The position numbers were made by a program, and so were the translations under genes. The notes below the pieces were generated by a model that saw only the letters and a list, made by a program, of their open reading frames with translations, did not search any database and was not told the DNA's origin. A stretch of 32,000 nt of DNA from positions 840,001 to 872,000 of the forward strand of contig JAUIFI010000001.1 of assembly GCA_030429505.1 (NCBI GenBank). Direction: 5' to 3'. The DNA comes from Candidatus Saccharimonadota bacterium. Lineage in GTDB: Bacteria; Patescibacteriota; Gracilibacteria; UBA4473. Positions 24,016-32,000 of the stretch are shown one piece after another (positions within the stretch are counted from its first letter, which is position 1; each line of letters opens with the position of its first letter).

Positions 24016-25650
24016 ATGCTAAAATTCCTAATTTTTATAGTAATGGGAACCTTTCTTGCGGGAACCCCAATCAAAGCAGCAGGCTTGTTTGAGTTCTCGA
24101 ATATGGTACACGACACCCTTTTGTGGAAAGGGGAGCGTTTTAGCCTAGTAATATCAGGACCCGCGCCGGGCGAAAAAACGTCCGTATCATATTTTGAGAT
24201 AACAGAGATCCAAGGAGGACTTTCCCCTAGAATCTTTTTTGCTCAAAAATTAGATTCTACCCTTTATAAAGGGTTTCTGGATGGATACAAGGTGATAAAC
24301 ATAGAAACCGACAGTATTCCCGACGGGGATTACCGGTTAAATGTAAAGTCGTTTTTAAACAACGGGTGGAAGCAAAATTGCAGAAGTCCGTTTTTCGTGA
24401 CTATAGAAAAACCGTTTAAAGGACGGTTTGTATCCCACATAAAAAACAAATCACGGTGGCTAGAGCTACCACGATCAACTTTTGTGTGGCAAATTGAAAA
24501 AACCCAAAGTATTCGAATGGATATGCTGGGGGATACGTGCGAAAAGCTAGAATGGTACCGCTTTGATGTATCCATTCCGGGAAGAGCTAAAGCTCTTTTT
24601 TCGTATGAAGGAAAGGATTCCTTGATAGAAAATATAGATATTGGAGATAACCCCGGAGAGGGGCCTATAAACACGTATGCTCGAGTATCAACTCTCATCC
24701 GATCCGACAGCTCTCGATGGCCCGAAGAGTTCGCTACAGGGGTTGCCATGAGTACCCCCAAAATAACAAAACCCGAAAAGCTATTATTGGAAGTCATATC
24801 GGGAAACCCACATATGACAGAGATCTTGGTAGGGGAAATCGTCCACACACGGGTCCCCAGAAACTATCAATTTCTCCTGCAGACCGGCGAAAAAAACCCC
24901 ATTGTCTTAGGCTCTGGGGAAGAGCCGAGAAGATTGGTAAATGTCGAAAAGTTTTGGACACAAGAAAAACTGCCAGATGGAGCAGAGATTCCTGTCATAA
25001 TTCATGTTCAGAAAAACTTGGCAGGCTTTCCAAGTTCCAAAACAAAAGACAGTACCATCCTAACTCTGAAGGGACAGTATAGACACAGCATAAAAATACC
25101 TGAAGACTCCTTGGTATCATCTGTTGTGAACATCCCCGTGAATAACGGTGGTCCTGTCGGAGAAAACACCTCCTTTCTGTACTCAGTACAGGAAGAAAAA
25201 AGTGGCAGAACAGAGAGGCAAGAGTCCACCGAACTAAACGTGGACTTCAACCTCCAAAGCATGATCGAAGAAATGGGTGGATTTTTTCAGGAAGGAGATA
25301 CGATCCGATTCCTCCTGAAAGTGGAGAAAAGGGTACCAGAAATGACACCCTTACAAAGCGAAGGAAGTATTCGCTTTGTATACACAAAGCGACCGACAGG
25401 AATAGCCTCGGGAGAAAGGGGAAAAACTTTTGTTTTTCCCAATCCTCTCTCCAGAGAGGAAGTTTTGACAATTAAAACGGAAGAAAGTATCGAAGGAAAT
25501 CTCGTGGAAATATATAATATCCACGGGGAGGAGATCCTGGCAACAGGGTCCATCCAAAACATATCGATGAAAAGGTTTCCGAGTGGCATATACTTCATTC
25601 GGACAAAGAACGGCAAAGAAGAAGTATGGGTAAAACTCATACTTCAGTAA
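24016..25650 (+). CDS. secreted protein with a T9SS-type (Por) C-terminal sorting domain
   Basis: Signal peptide MLKFLIFIVMGTFLAGTPIKAAG. The C-terminus FVFPNPLSREEVLTIKTEESIEGNLVEIYNIHGEEILATGSIQNISMKRFPSGIYFIRTKNGKEEVWVKLILQ* matches the PNP...V.IY...G.......L..G.YF.R........K(L/I) pattern. GGAG lies 9 nt before the ATG. Confidence 0.8.
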   Translation: MLKFLIFIVMGTFLAGTPIKAAGLFEFSNMVHDTLLWKGERFSLVISGPAPGEKTSVSYFEITEIQGGLSPRIFFAQKLDSTLYKGFLDGYKVINIETDSIPDGDYRLNVKSFLNNGWKQNCRSPFFVTIEKPFKGRFVSHIKNKSRWLELPRSTFVWQIEKTQSIRMDMLGDTCEKLEWYRFDVSIPGRAKALFSYEGKDSLIENIDIGDNPGEGPINTYARVSTLIRSDSSRWPEEFATGVAMSTPKITKPEKLLLEVISGNPHMTEILVGEIVHTRVPRNYQFLLQTGEKNPIVLGSGEEPRRLVNVEKFWTQEKLPDGAEIPVIIHVQKNLAGFPSSKTKDSTILTLKGQYRHSIKIPEDSLVSSVVNIPVNNGGPVGENTSFLYSVQEEKSGRTERQESTELNVDFNLQSMIEEMGGFFQEGDTIRFLLKVEKRVPEMTPLQSEGSIRFVYTKRPTGIASGERGKTFVFPNPLSREEVLTIKTEESIEGNLVEIYNIHGEEILATGSIQNISMKRFPSGIYFIRTKNGKEEVWVKLILQ

Positions 25651-25662
25651 ACCCTTTCATTC

Positions 25663-25697
25663 AAATCCTTGTTCTCAATTGAACAAGGATTTTTTTT
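25663..25697 (+). terminator. strong rho-independent terminator
   Basis: AAATCCTTGTTC (25663-25674), loop TCAATT, GAACAAGGATTT (25681-25692): a perfect 12-bp stem running into a T-run through 25697. Confidence 0.75.
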
Positions 25698-25701
25698 GAC
25701 T

Positions 25702-26142
25702 TTACCCAAATACAAAATCCAGCACCTCCACCGCATGCCCGCGTGCCTTCACCTTCCGCCACTCTTTTACAATTTCACCATTCTCAATCACAAAAGTGGA
25801 CCGCTCAATACCCATATATTTTTTACCATACATAGATTTTTCCACCCATGCGCCCAAAGCCGCAATCAGCTCACATTTTTCATCAGACAACAAAGGAAAA
25901 TTCAAATTCTCTTTCATGCAAAACTTCTCATGAGACTTTAAAGAATCTTTGGATAAACCAAAAACCTGATAACCAAGCTTCTCAAAACCAGCCTTCATAT
26001 CTCGAAAGTCCTGTGCCTCAATAGTACACCCCGAGGTCATATCCTTAGGGTACAGATACAAGACAAATTTTCCAGAAGCAAAGTCTTTATCTGTATAAGT
26101 TTTACCATCACTAGCGGGAAGCGAAAAAGAAGGAGGTTTCAT
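25702..26142 (-). CDS. bcp: thiol peroxidase Bcp (peroxiredoxin)
   Basis: FVLYLYPKDMTSGCTIEAQDFRD contains the peroxidatic Cys in the P.D.T.GCT context. ...FGLSKDS..SH.KF..K..L.FPLLSD is the typical Bcp sequence. Confidence 0.9.
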   Translation of the reverse strand: MKPPSFSLPASDGKTYTDKDFASGKFVLYLYPKDMTSGCTIEAQDFRDMKAGFEKLGYQVFGLSKDSLKSHEKFCMKENLNFPLLSDEKCELIAALGAWVEKSMYGKKYMGIERSTFVIENGEIVKEWRKVKARGHAVEVLDFVFG

Positions 26143-26186
26143 TAATTAACATAGTAAGAAAGCAAAAACGTTTTTCAAGAAAACAT

Positions 26187-26220
26187 AAAAAAGCTTTGCA
26201 CACACGAATGAGCACAAAGC
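26187..26220 (-). terminator. minus-strand hairpin terminator after the small membrane ORF
   Basis: The minus strand reads GCTTTGTGC-tcattcgtgt-GTGCAAAGC-TTTTTTA, a 9-bp stem including two G-U pairs. Stem coordinates are 26193-26201 and 26212-26220. Confidence 0.4.
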
Positions 26221-26244
26221 AAAAAGAAGAAAAAGTCAGGCTTC

Positions 26245-26415
26245 CTATCCAGGAGGACGACTGGCATTTACTTGCACAAAGCCAGCCACAGCTCCACAGA
26301 CAGCAAGAACCGCACACATAAGCCAAGGAATCAACATGGAGACAACGGCAATTACAAGAAAAAAGCAGTAAATCCACACAGGAACCTCAACAACATCCTT
26401 CAAAAGATTCAGCAT
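26245..26415 (-). CDS. small two-helix membrane protein (56 aa), hypothetical
   Basis: Below the ORF-track cutoff. The minus strand has tGGAAGGGAGtttttATG (good SD), then MLNLLKDVVEVPVWIYCFFLVIAVVSMLIPWLMCAVLAVCGAVAGFVQVNASRPPG*. A terminator follows. It competes with the Cys-rich track ORF 26111..26377, which is in another frame. Confidence 0.4.
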   Translation of the reverse strand: MLNLLKDVVEVPVWIYCFFLVIAVVSMLIPWLMCAVLAVCGAVAGFVQVNASRPPG

Positions 26416-26678
26416 AAAAACTCCCTTCCATTAAGACAAAAGCCAGCAAAGAACCAATGCCTTAAAAAATTAGATATATAAATTTTTTTTACTATTCAAC
26501 AAGGCTTTTTCTCTATAAAATAAATAAAAAGAAACGTCAACTAAATTTACCCTGATCGAACAAAAAAATATTCCTCAAAATCCCTTTCTCCCATCCTCAG
26601 AGTCCGGTCTTTTCGTATTGAAGTATGATGAAAAATTTTTTATTTTCTTGTCCGCAGAAAATACCAGACTTTATAAAA

Positions 26679-27185
26679 TCACTTCACAACCTGATAATAA
26701 AGCTGGATCGTATTATCCGACAATCGCTTGCTTTCCATCAATTTCAATTGTACATCAAGCAATTCATCTGAAAACAATGATACGCCTTTTCCAAAGATAA
26801 AAGGTTCGACATCAAGATAGATTTCATCAATCAATTTCTCCTTCATGAAAGCAGCATTCAGCCTTCCCCCTCCAGCAATAAGAGCTTTTGAAAAATTCAT
26901 TTCTTCCAATATCTGCAAAGCTTCCTGGGGCGATCGAACAAAAACAGTATTATTTTCAGGAGAAAAACTACTTGTTGAAACAACCACCGTAAATGGATTG
27001 CCAATTTTACTAAATTCACCATGAGCCTCCATAATCTCGTAAGTCTTTGTGCCAACCACTATGTTACCAGCGTCTTGTACAAAGCGAGAAAAACTCAACC
27101 ATTCTTCATCAGACCAAGGAGTTTGATCATTTTGATCAGCAATATAACCATCAACCGTCATCGCCATATACAAGATAACTTTCAT
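26679..27185 (-). CDS. dihydrofolate reductase-family protein (RibD C-terminal domain-like)
   Basis: MKVILYMAMTVDGYIADQN....W...EW..F........NIVVGTKTYE...ALIAGGGRLNAAFMKEKLIDEIYLDVEPFIFGKG. The ATG at 27185 avoids overlap with the upstream gene. Confidence 0.8.
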   Translation of the reverse strand: MKVILYMAMTVDGYIADQNDQTPWSDEEWLSFSRFVQDAGNIVVGTKTYEIMEAHGEFSKIGNPFTVVVSTSSFSPENNTVFVRSPQEALQILEEMNFSKALIAGGGRLNAAFMKEKLIDEIYLDVEPFIFGKGVSLFSDELLDVQLKLMESKRLSDNTIQLYYQVVK

Positions 27186-27196
27186 CAGAAAAAACA

Positions 27197-29413
27197 CTAA
27201 GACGAAAAAATACTTTTTAAAACCCCTTTTCCCCACCGAGAATTTTCTCGAGGATCAAGCCAGATCACACCCTTCACAGAAGGAAAAACTGACAATCTCC
27301 GAGATAAGTGAGCCATTACATGCGGCATCGTCCACACATCCCACAAACTCTGACCAGATTGCTTCATCTGCTCATCTATTGAATCTAGCAAAGGATGCGG
27401 TGGACTAAAGGGAAACTTTTGCACCATGAAAGTCTGAAATGGATACTGAGCCAAAGCTGGATGAACTAAGTTTTGCGTAAAAAGAACCACTTTTGTCGCT
27501 GTCTTTAATTTTTCCAAAAGCTTTCCATCCCCTCCCGTTACTTTTTCACCCAAAATCGTTACATCATGATCAAAAAAATACTCAGACACCTCCGTAAAAA
27601 CTTTTTTGAGAGATTCCTGACTCGAAAAATTTACCACCAACCAATGCTCATCCGAAACTTTTTGTTCCACTTCATCAATAATTTTTCGCGCACAAAAAGA
27701 ATTAAACTTCGGATCCTTCACAGAAATTAAATCAGATGGAATTTGGATAGACTTAGGAGAAACTAATCGTCCATCAGACAAAAATATTCCTTGAGATTTT
27801 CCCAAAAAAACGCGAAAAAAAGCATTCGAATCAGAAATGTTATGACGGTGAAAAATAACCGTAGAAAACTTTTGTAACAGCTCCTTTTGTCGCTGCCATA
27901 CATCAGCCTTCCAAACACTCAAAGACAAATGTCCATTTTCCGGATTATAATAAACCCATCGAACTGATTTTTCAGGAGGATTTTCGAGCACATCAGCCAT
28001 TCCAAGAATCTCTTCATCACGATCAATTTCGCGCAAGCTCTGAGCCAAATCAAGAAACCTATCTTTTGGGGACAGAGCTAATTTTTGAGGAAAAGAAGAC
28101 AGCATGTGCCGTAACTTCGGCTCAATTACCTCTCGACAAAAGTGCGTCACCCAAAACTGAGTTGCCGTAGAAATTTGATCATTTTTCGATTCCATATACG
28201 ACAAAAGTGAATACGTTTTCGTCGGAGAAAAAAGCAATTTTTCCGCACACACCTCACCTTCATCCAAAATCAACACTCGATCCTGCCAAAGAGGCAAGTG
28301 CTGAAATTGCCAAAAGGCCTGCGGCGTCAAAGCTATAATATCCTCATTCTGCCGCTCCTCTAAAACAGATTGAAAAACCAAATTTTTTTCATTCAAAACA
28401 CAAACCTGTTTCCACAATTGTCGTTCTTGAAAAAACAAATCAAAATACACCACCCCACGAAAGCCCAAAAAATGACGATAGAAGCACTTCAGATAAAATG
28501 TAGTTTCGGCATTATCAAGTTTATCTTGCTCCTCAACAAAACCGGCTAATCGCTCGGGATCTAGCAAAACTTCCGGTGTCGGAAACTTTGATAACCAAGG
28601 AAAAAAAGACAGCTTGGGAGACAAAATCACCACTTTTTTCCCCTGCGAAACAAGAGATTGCGCTATATACATCACCGCATCACGCCCCTTGATCGAATCA
28701 TCCTGTTCAATAAAAATAGATTCTTCAGACGAAAGCTCCGGTAACCGAGATCCAAACTCAGGCATAGAAAAAGAACTATCAAAAGAAGGACGAATGGGTT
28801 TTGAAAAAGAAAAGTCATCTACTCCCTTCAATCCCTGAAACAATCGCTTAGCATACCAATCAGTCTTGGTCTGTAAAAAACCCTGAATATCTCTCAAAAA
28901 ATCCGATGGCAATGCCTCAATCCTCTGACACAAAAAACCAAACAAATCCACCGAAGCCTCGACATCAGACATAGCCCGATGAGCATCCGTATGAACAAAC
29001 CCATATTTCTGAGACAAAATTTCCAACGCATAGCTTTCCTCTCCCACCAAAAGAATTCTAGACAATTCATGTGTATCGATACGAGGGTTTTTCGATACAT
29101 CAATCCCATTCGCTACCAAAAAACCAATATCAAAATCAATATTATGCCCCACAATCACACTCTCTCCGATCTGATCTTGAATCTTTTGCCGAATATCAGA
29201 CAAAGACAAGCCTTTTTCATCAATCTCCCCTTGAGAAATACCCGTAATGTGGGTAACAGTTGACGTTAACTCTGATTTCGTAGGAACAATGACCTCATCA
29301 AAAGTGTTTAAAGTTTCCTTCCTTTCATTTCGAACTACAAAAGAAACTTCAATAATCGAATCCTTGTCTGGATCAAAACCAGTCGTCTCCAAGTCCAAAA
29401 AACAATAATCCAT
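27197..29413 (-). CDS. DnaQ-like 3'-5' exonuclease fused to a DinG-like helicase-related domain
   Basis: The N-terminus has FLDLETTGFDPDKDSIIEV (Exo I), VGHNIDFDIGFL (Exo II) and HRAMSDVEAS (Exo III, DEDDh). About 500 further residues follow, in which I could not find a GxGK(T/S) Walker A. The DEAH-box position reads LILDEGE. Confidence 0.75.
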   Translation of the reverse strand: MDYCFLDLETTGFDPDKDSIIEVSFVVRNERKETLNTFDEVIVPTKSELTSTVTHITGISQGEIDEKGLSLSDIRQKIQDQIGESVIVGHNIDFDIGFLVANGIDVSKNPRIDTHELSRILLVGEESYALEILSQKYGFVHTDAHRAMSDVEASVDLFGFLCQRIEALPSDFLRDIQGFLQTKTDWYAKRLFQGLKGVDDFSFSKPIRPSFDSSFSMPEFGSRLPELSSEESIFIEQDDSIKGRDAVMYIAQSLVSQGKKVVILSPKLSFFPWLSKFPTPEVLLDPERLAGFVEEQDKLDNAETTFYLKCFYRHFLGFRGVVYFDLFFQERQLWKQVCVLNEKNLVFQSVLEERQNEDIIALTPQAFWQFQHLPLWQDRVLILDEGEVCAEKLLFSPTKTYSLLSYMESKNDQISTATQFWVTHFCREVIEPKLRHMLSSFPQKLALSPKDRFLDLAQSLREIDRDEEILGMADVLENPPEKSVRWVYYNPENGHLSLSVWKADVWQRQKELLQKFSTVIFHRHNISDSNAFFRVFLGKSQGIFLSDGRLVSPKSIQIPSDLISVKDPKFNSFCARKIIDEVEQKVSDEHWLVVNFSSQESLKKVFTEVSEYFFDHDVTILGEKVTGGDGKLLEKLKTATKVVLFTQNLVHPALAQYPFQTFMVQKFPFSPPHPLLDSIDEQMKQSGQSLWDVWTMPHVMAHLSRRLSVFPSVKGVIWLDPRENSRWGKGVLKSIFSS

Positions 29414-29496
29414 ATGACCCTACTCTATGGAAAAACATCTCAGCAAGCAATGAATACCCACTTGTTTCAGTAAAAATCAAAGCTACAATAAAAAAA

Positions 29497-29826
29497 ATGA
29501 AAATCTCTCAACGAAGTCAAAAAGTCGCCAGCCTCATTCAACACAACCTCGGAACATTACTACAGCAATATTTCACCCCAAATCAAATCGGCTTGGTAAC
29601 AATCACAGCCGTTGAAGTATCAAGTGATCTGAGCATAGCAGACATATTCATCACCAGCCTCAAAGCCCCTCCGGACTTCATCACAAAGCTCAATCAAAAA
29701 TCAGTTAAAATAGGACACGAAATAACCAAGACTATAAAAGTAAAAAAAAGAATTCAGCTCAGATTCAAGCCAGATAAATCCATCGAACTCGTTAAATCAA
29801 TAAAAGAAAAACTGTCTTCTGAATAA
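29497..29826 (+). CDS. rbfA: ribosome-binding factor A
   Basis: 109 aa. R..KV..LI...L..LL......QIGLVTIT.VEVS.DLS.A.IF.. follows the RbfA pattern. Confidence 0.75.
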   Translation: MKISQRSQKVASLIQHNLGTLLQQYFTPNQIGLVTITAVEVSSDLSIADIFITSLKAPPDFITKLNQKSVKIGHEITKTIKVKKRIQLRFKPDKSIELVKSIKEKLSSE

Positions 29827-29831
29827 AAAAT

Positions 29832-30428
29832 ATGAAGATCCTCATTGCTACAAATAATCCCGGAAAACACAAAGGTCTTATTCATGGACTAGGTATCATA
29901 CCAGGAATTGAATTTTTGCCTCTATCAAAATTTCCTCCTTCGAAAGACTGCGAAGAAACAGGCACTAGTTTTGAAGCCAACGCACTTCTCAAAGCACAAT
30001 TTTTTGCCAATACCCATCAAATTCCCACCATCGGAGAAGACTCAGGCTTTATCCTTGAAGCCTTCCCTAAGAAATTTGGACTGAAAAGTAAACGAGAAAT
30101 TCAAGCCAAAGATGACATAGAATGGACACGTCTATTTTTAGAAATGATGGAAAACACCTCCAACAGAAAAGCCACCTTTTACTCTGCTATTGCTTTTTAT
30201 AATCCTCAAAATCAAACAAAACATATAACCATCGGAGAAACAAAAGGAGCAATGTCCGAATTTCCGCAAACACCACTTGAGCCAGGAATTCCAGCCTCCG
30301 CTCTCTTTACTCCAAATGGAGAAACTGAAGTTTACTCTGCCATGAACAAAACCAAATGGAAAAAAGTCTCACATCGCGGAAAAGCTACTGCAAAAATGGC
30401 TCAATTTTTACAAACACTTTCACTTTAA
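29832..30428 (+). CDS. rdgB: non-canonical purine NTP pyrophosphatase (RdgB/HAM1 family)
   Basis: MKILIATNNPGKHKG... , ...ETG.SFE.NAL.KA......T..P.IGEDSGF and ...SHRGKA are family motifs. Confidence 0.8.
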   Translation: MKILIATNNPGKHKGLIHGLGIIPGIEFLPLSKFPPSKDCEETGTSFEANALLKAQFFANTHQIPTIGEDSGFILEAFPKKFGLKSKREIQAKDDIEWTRLFLEMMENTSNRKATFYSAIAFYNPQNQTKHITIGETKGAMSEFPQTPLEPGIPASALFTPNGETEVYSAMNKTKWKKVSHRGKATAKMAQFLQTLSL

Positions 30429-30460
30429 TTCTTACATCTCTCAAGTACAATCAATCTGAC

Positions 30461-31183
30461 ATGACAAGCTCAACCACAAAATACAAACGAATTCTCCTCA
30501 AACTTTCAGGCGAAGCATTACTCGGAAAAAAAGAATTCGGCATAGACTATGACATCATCAATCAAATCTGTCAGGAAATAGAAGAAGTGAGAAATATGGG
30601 CATAGAAATCGTCATCGTCATCGGCGCTGGCAATATCTGGCGTGGGAAAGAAAATGAAGAATCAGGCATTGATCGAGTACCTTCTGATTTTATCGGCATG
30701 CTCGGAACCATCATGAACTCCGTCGCTCTCCAAGCCGCACTTGAGAAAAAAGGTATTCACTCTCGCGTCTGCTCTTCCATCGACGTCCCAGCCGTCGCTG
30801 AACCATACATCACCCGGAGGGCCGACAGACATTTAGAAAAAAAACGAGTCGTTATCTGTGCCGCTGGCACTGGCAATCCATACTTTACCACCGATTCTGC
30901 CGCCGCCCTCCGAGCACTCGAACTCAAATGCGACGTCCTCCTCAAAGCCACCAATGTCGACGGCGTATACTCAGACGATCCGCGTACAAACAAAAACGCT
31001 ACAAAATTTAACACCATCACCTTTGACGAAGTCCTCGAACAAGACCTCCGATTTATGGACGCCACTGCCATCGCCCAATGCCGGGACAATGACATGCCCA
31101 TAATCGTCTTCAAGCTCATGGAACCAGGTAATCTCAAAAAAGCGATCCAAGGAAAAACCATTGGTACACAAATAAAATTATAG
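30461..31183 (+). CDS. pyrH: UMP kinase
   Basis: YKRILLKLSGEAL......GID........I..E......GIEI.IVIGAGNI.RG, ...GTIMNSVALQ.AL and ...AGTGNPYFTTDSAAALRA.E...D.LLKAT.VDGVY..DP. The ATG at 30461 is preferred, because the track ORF start at 30356 overlaps rdgB. Confidence 0.9.
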   Translation: MTSSTTKYKRILLKLSGEALLGKKEFGIDYDIINQICQEIEEVRNMGIEIVIVIGAGNIWRGKENEESGIDRVPSDFIGMLGTIMNSVALQAALEKKGIHSRVCSSIDVPAVAEPYITRRADRHLEKKRVVICAAGTGNPYFTTDSAAALRALELKCDVLLKATNVDGVYSDDPRTNKNATKFNTITFDEVLEQDLRFMDATAIAQCRDNDMPIIVFKLMEPGNLKKAIQGKTIGTQIKL

Positions 31184-31218
31184 AATCATACCAAAGGAAT
31201 AAAAATATTTAAAAAAAA

Positions 31219-31241
31219 CCGCTGATAGAAACTATCAGCGG
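31219..31241. terminator. bidirectional terminator hairpin between pyrH and the convergent membrane-protein gene
   Basis: CCGCTGATAG-AAA-CTATCAGCGG is a perfect 10-bp stem. An A-run precedes it (31211-18) and ttatgtt follows. Confidence 0.65.
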
Positions 31242-31319
31242 TTATGTTAAAGTTAGTTGATGATAACTGCCAAGCGAGTAAAACCCTCGGCAGAAAAAAC
31301 CAACAACAAGCCAACCATC

Positions 31320-31823
31320 TCAGGCACGTACCGAATAAATCTGGTTATTTAACCAAAAATACATTGTGAACTTCTGTTTCGGCAACAGTTTTTCCCGATT
31401 AAACGAAAGAGGTTGTACCACCTCTCTGTATCGAAAGACCAAAAGCCAGGAAAAAAGCAAAACCACCCCCAAGACCAGTCCGCCCAAAACATAGTTTTGT
31501 GGCGAAAGAAAAAAGCCAAAAAGTGCCCAAAGAAGCAAAACCACCCAACTGGTCCCGCTCAGAATCATGGTAAAATAATACAGAAAACCACCTCCATCAA
31601 TTTTATGAAGACGATTATTCGATGGCACCAAAACAAAAAAACGAGCCAGCAAAAAAAACATAAAAAACTTGAATACAGAATGAGAAGTTATCACAACCTC
31701 TCCTTCTAAGGAAATATGGGATAAATGGGGAATAAGCGTAAGAAGAAAAGCAATTCCCACAGAAGTCAAAACCGAAGAATAACGATTGAAAAAAAACATA
31801 TCTATCCTCCCAAAAATGTACAA
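31320..31823 (-). CDS. polytopic membrane protein, hypothetical
   Basis: 167-aa ORF with four to five hydrophobic segments (VLTSVGIAFLLTLIP, FKFFMFFLLARFFVLV, WVVLLLWALFGFFL, VLGGLVLGVVLLFSWLLVF). I recognise no motif. Confidence 0.5.
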   Translation of the reverse strand: MYIFGRIDMFFFNRYSSVLTSVGIAFLLTLIPHLSHISLEGEVVITSHSVFKFFMFFLLARFFVLVPSNNRLHKIDGGGFLYYFTMILSGTSWVVLLLWALFGFFLSPQNYVLGGLVLGVVLLFSWLLVFRYREVVQPLSFNREKLLPKQKFTMYFWLNNQIYSVRA

Positions 31824-32000
31824 TAAGGTTACAAAACTGAGTGTCCATCACCCAAATTCGTAACCTCATCAATACAAATAAAAACATTTTTACCTGAGAT
31901 GTGAAAGAGCTATTTAAATAATAAGACAAAAAAAAATTTTGTCAAGAGAATCCATGGTTTTCTCTACCCTAGAAAGAGACTTTCGGGGGAAAATAAAACA

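Noticed and set aside
24330-25640. Cluster of long ORFs on both strands within 24016-25650 (for example 24330..24848 -, 24717..25082 +, 25287..25640 -).
   Set aside because: These are shadows of the 544-aa T9SS-domain gene, produced by its higher GC content and hence fewer stop codons. None has a recognisable motif, whereas the + frame starting at 24016 has a signal peptide and a C-terminal sorting domain.
26600-26660. AT-only hairpin TATTTTCT-tgtccgc-AGAAAATA (about 26638-26660) as a possible terminator for the DHFR-family gene.
   Set aside because: The stem is all A-T. On the minus strand an A-run follows it rather than a U-tract, so this is too weak to call.
1-32000. Possible alternative genetic code (UGA recoding, as in Gracilibacteria/SR1), given the CPR-like features.
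   Set aside because: Long conserved genes (mutS 856 aa, ychF, murD, pyrH, the beta-CASP gene) are intact and full-length under the standard code. Family-typical ends coincide with the called stops, so no recoding is needed.
1-32000. CRISPR arrays, rRNA genes, and insertion sequences or prophage modules.
   Set aside because: I saw no regularly spaced direct repeats, no rRNA-like conserved blocks, and no transposase, integrase, capsid or terminase-like ORFs. The only transposase-like hint is the zinc-ribbon mini-ORF at 9855.

Overview
The window is AT-rich and densely coding. Hand counts of a few 60-nt lines give about 25-40% GC. Most genes are bacterial housekeeping genes: gmk fragment, yraN, ychF, rpsP, a KH-domain protein, rpmB, a SpoU methyltransferase, tRNA-Tyr, ftsE, murD, mutS, bcp, rbfA, rdgB and pyrH. 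Small genes, tailed ribosomal proteins, a TrbC/VirB2-like mini-pilin and ComF suggest an uncultured reduced-genome bacterium (CPR/Patescibacteria- or Peregrinibacteria-like). That assignment is inference only. I saw no CRISPR array, rRNA or recognisable transposase. The most unusual locus is at about 9232-10020. It holds a roughly 600-nt GC-rich (~55%) segment with no long ORF and many hairpins, ending in a textbook intrinsic terminator. A very basic zinc-ribbon mini-ORF with a GGAGG ribosome-binding site follows it, just upstream of rpsP. I could not match this RNA to RNase P, tmRNA, SRP RNA, a group II intron or any riboswitch I know, so I call it a candidate large structured ncRNA of unknown class. 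Two likely genes are absent from the ORF track. One is a ComF-family gene whose frame has no ATG/GTG/TTG and sits 1 nt out of frame with an ATG at a GGG run. The other is a 54-aa LysW-like zinc-ribbon protein downstream of mutS. Other points of interest:
- a translationally coupled PP-loop protein plus MurD-like ligase pair (candidate MurL/MurD2 route)
- an RmlA-GT2 fusion protein
- a compositionally atypical secreted protein with a T9SS-type C-terminal sorting domain
- a beta-barrel-like secreted protein
- a DnaQ exonuclease fused to a helicase-like domain that appears to lack ATPase motifs
- a three-gene operon of unknown function that includes an HExxH protein
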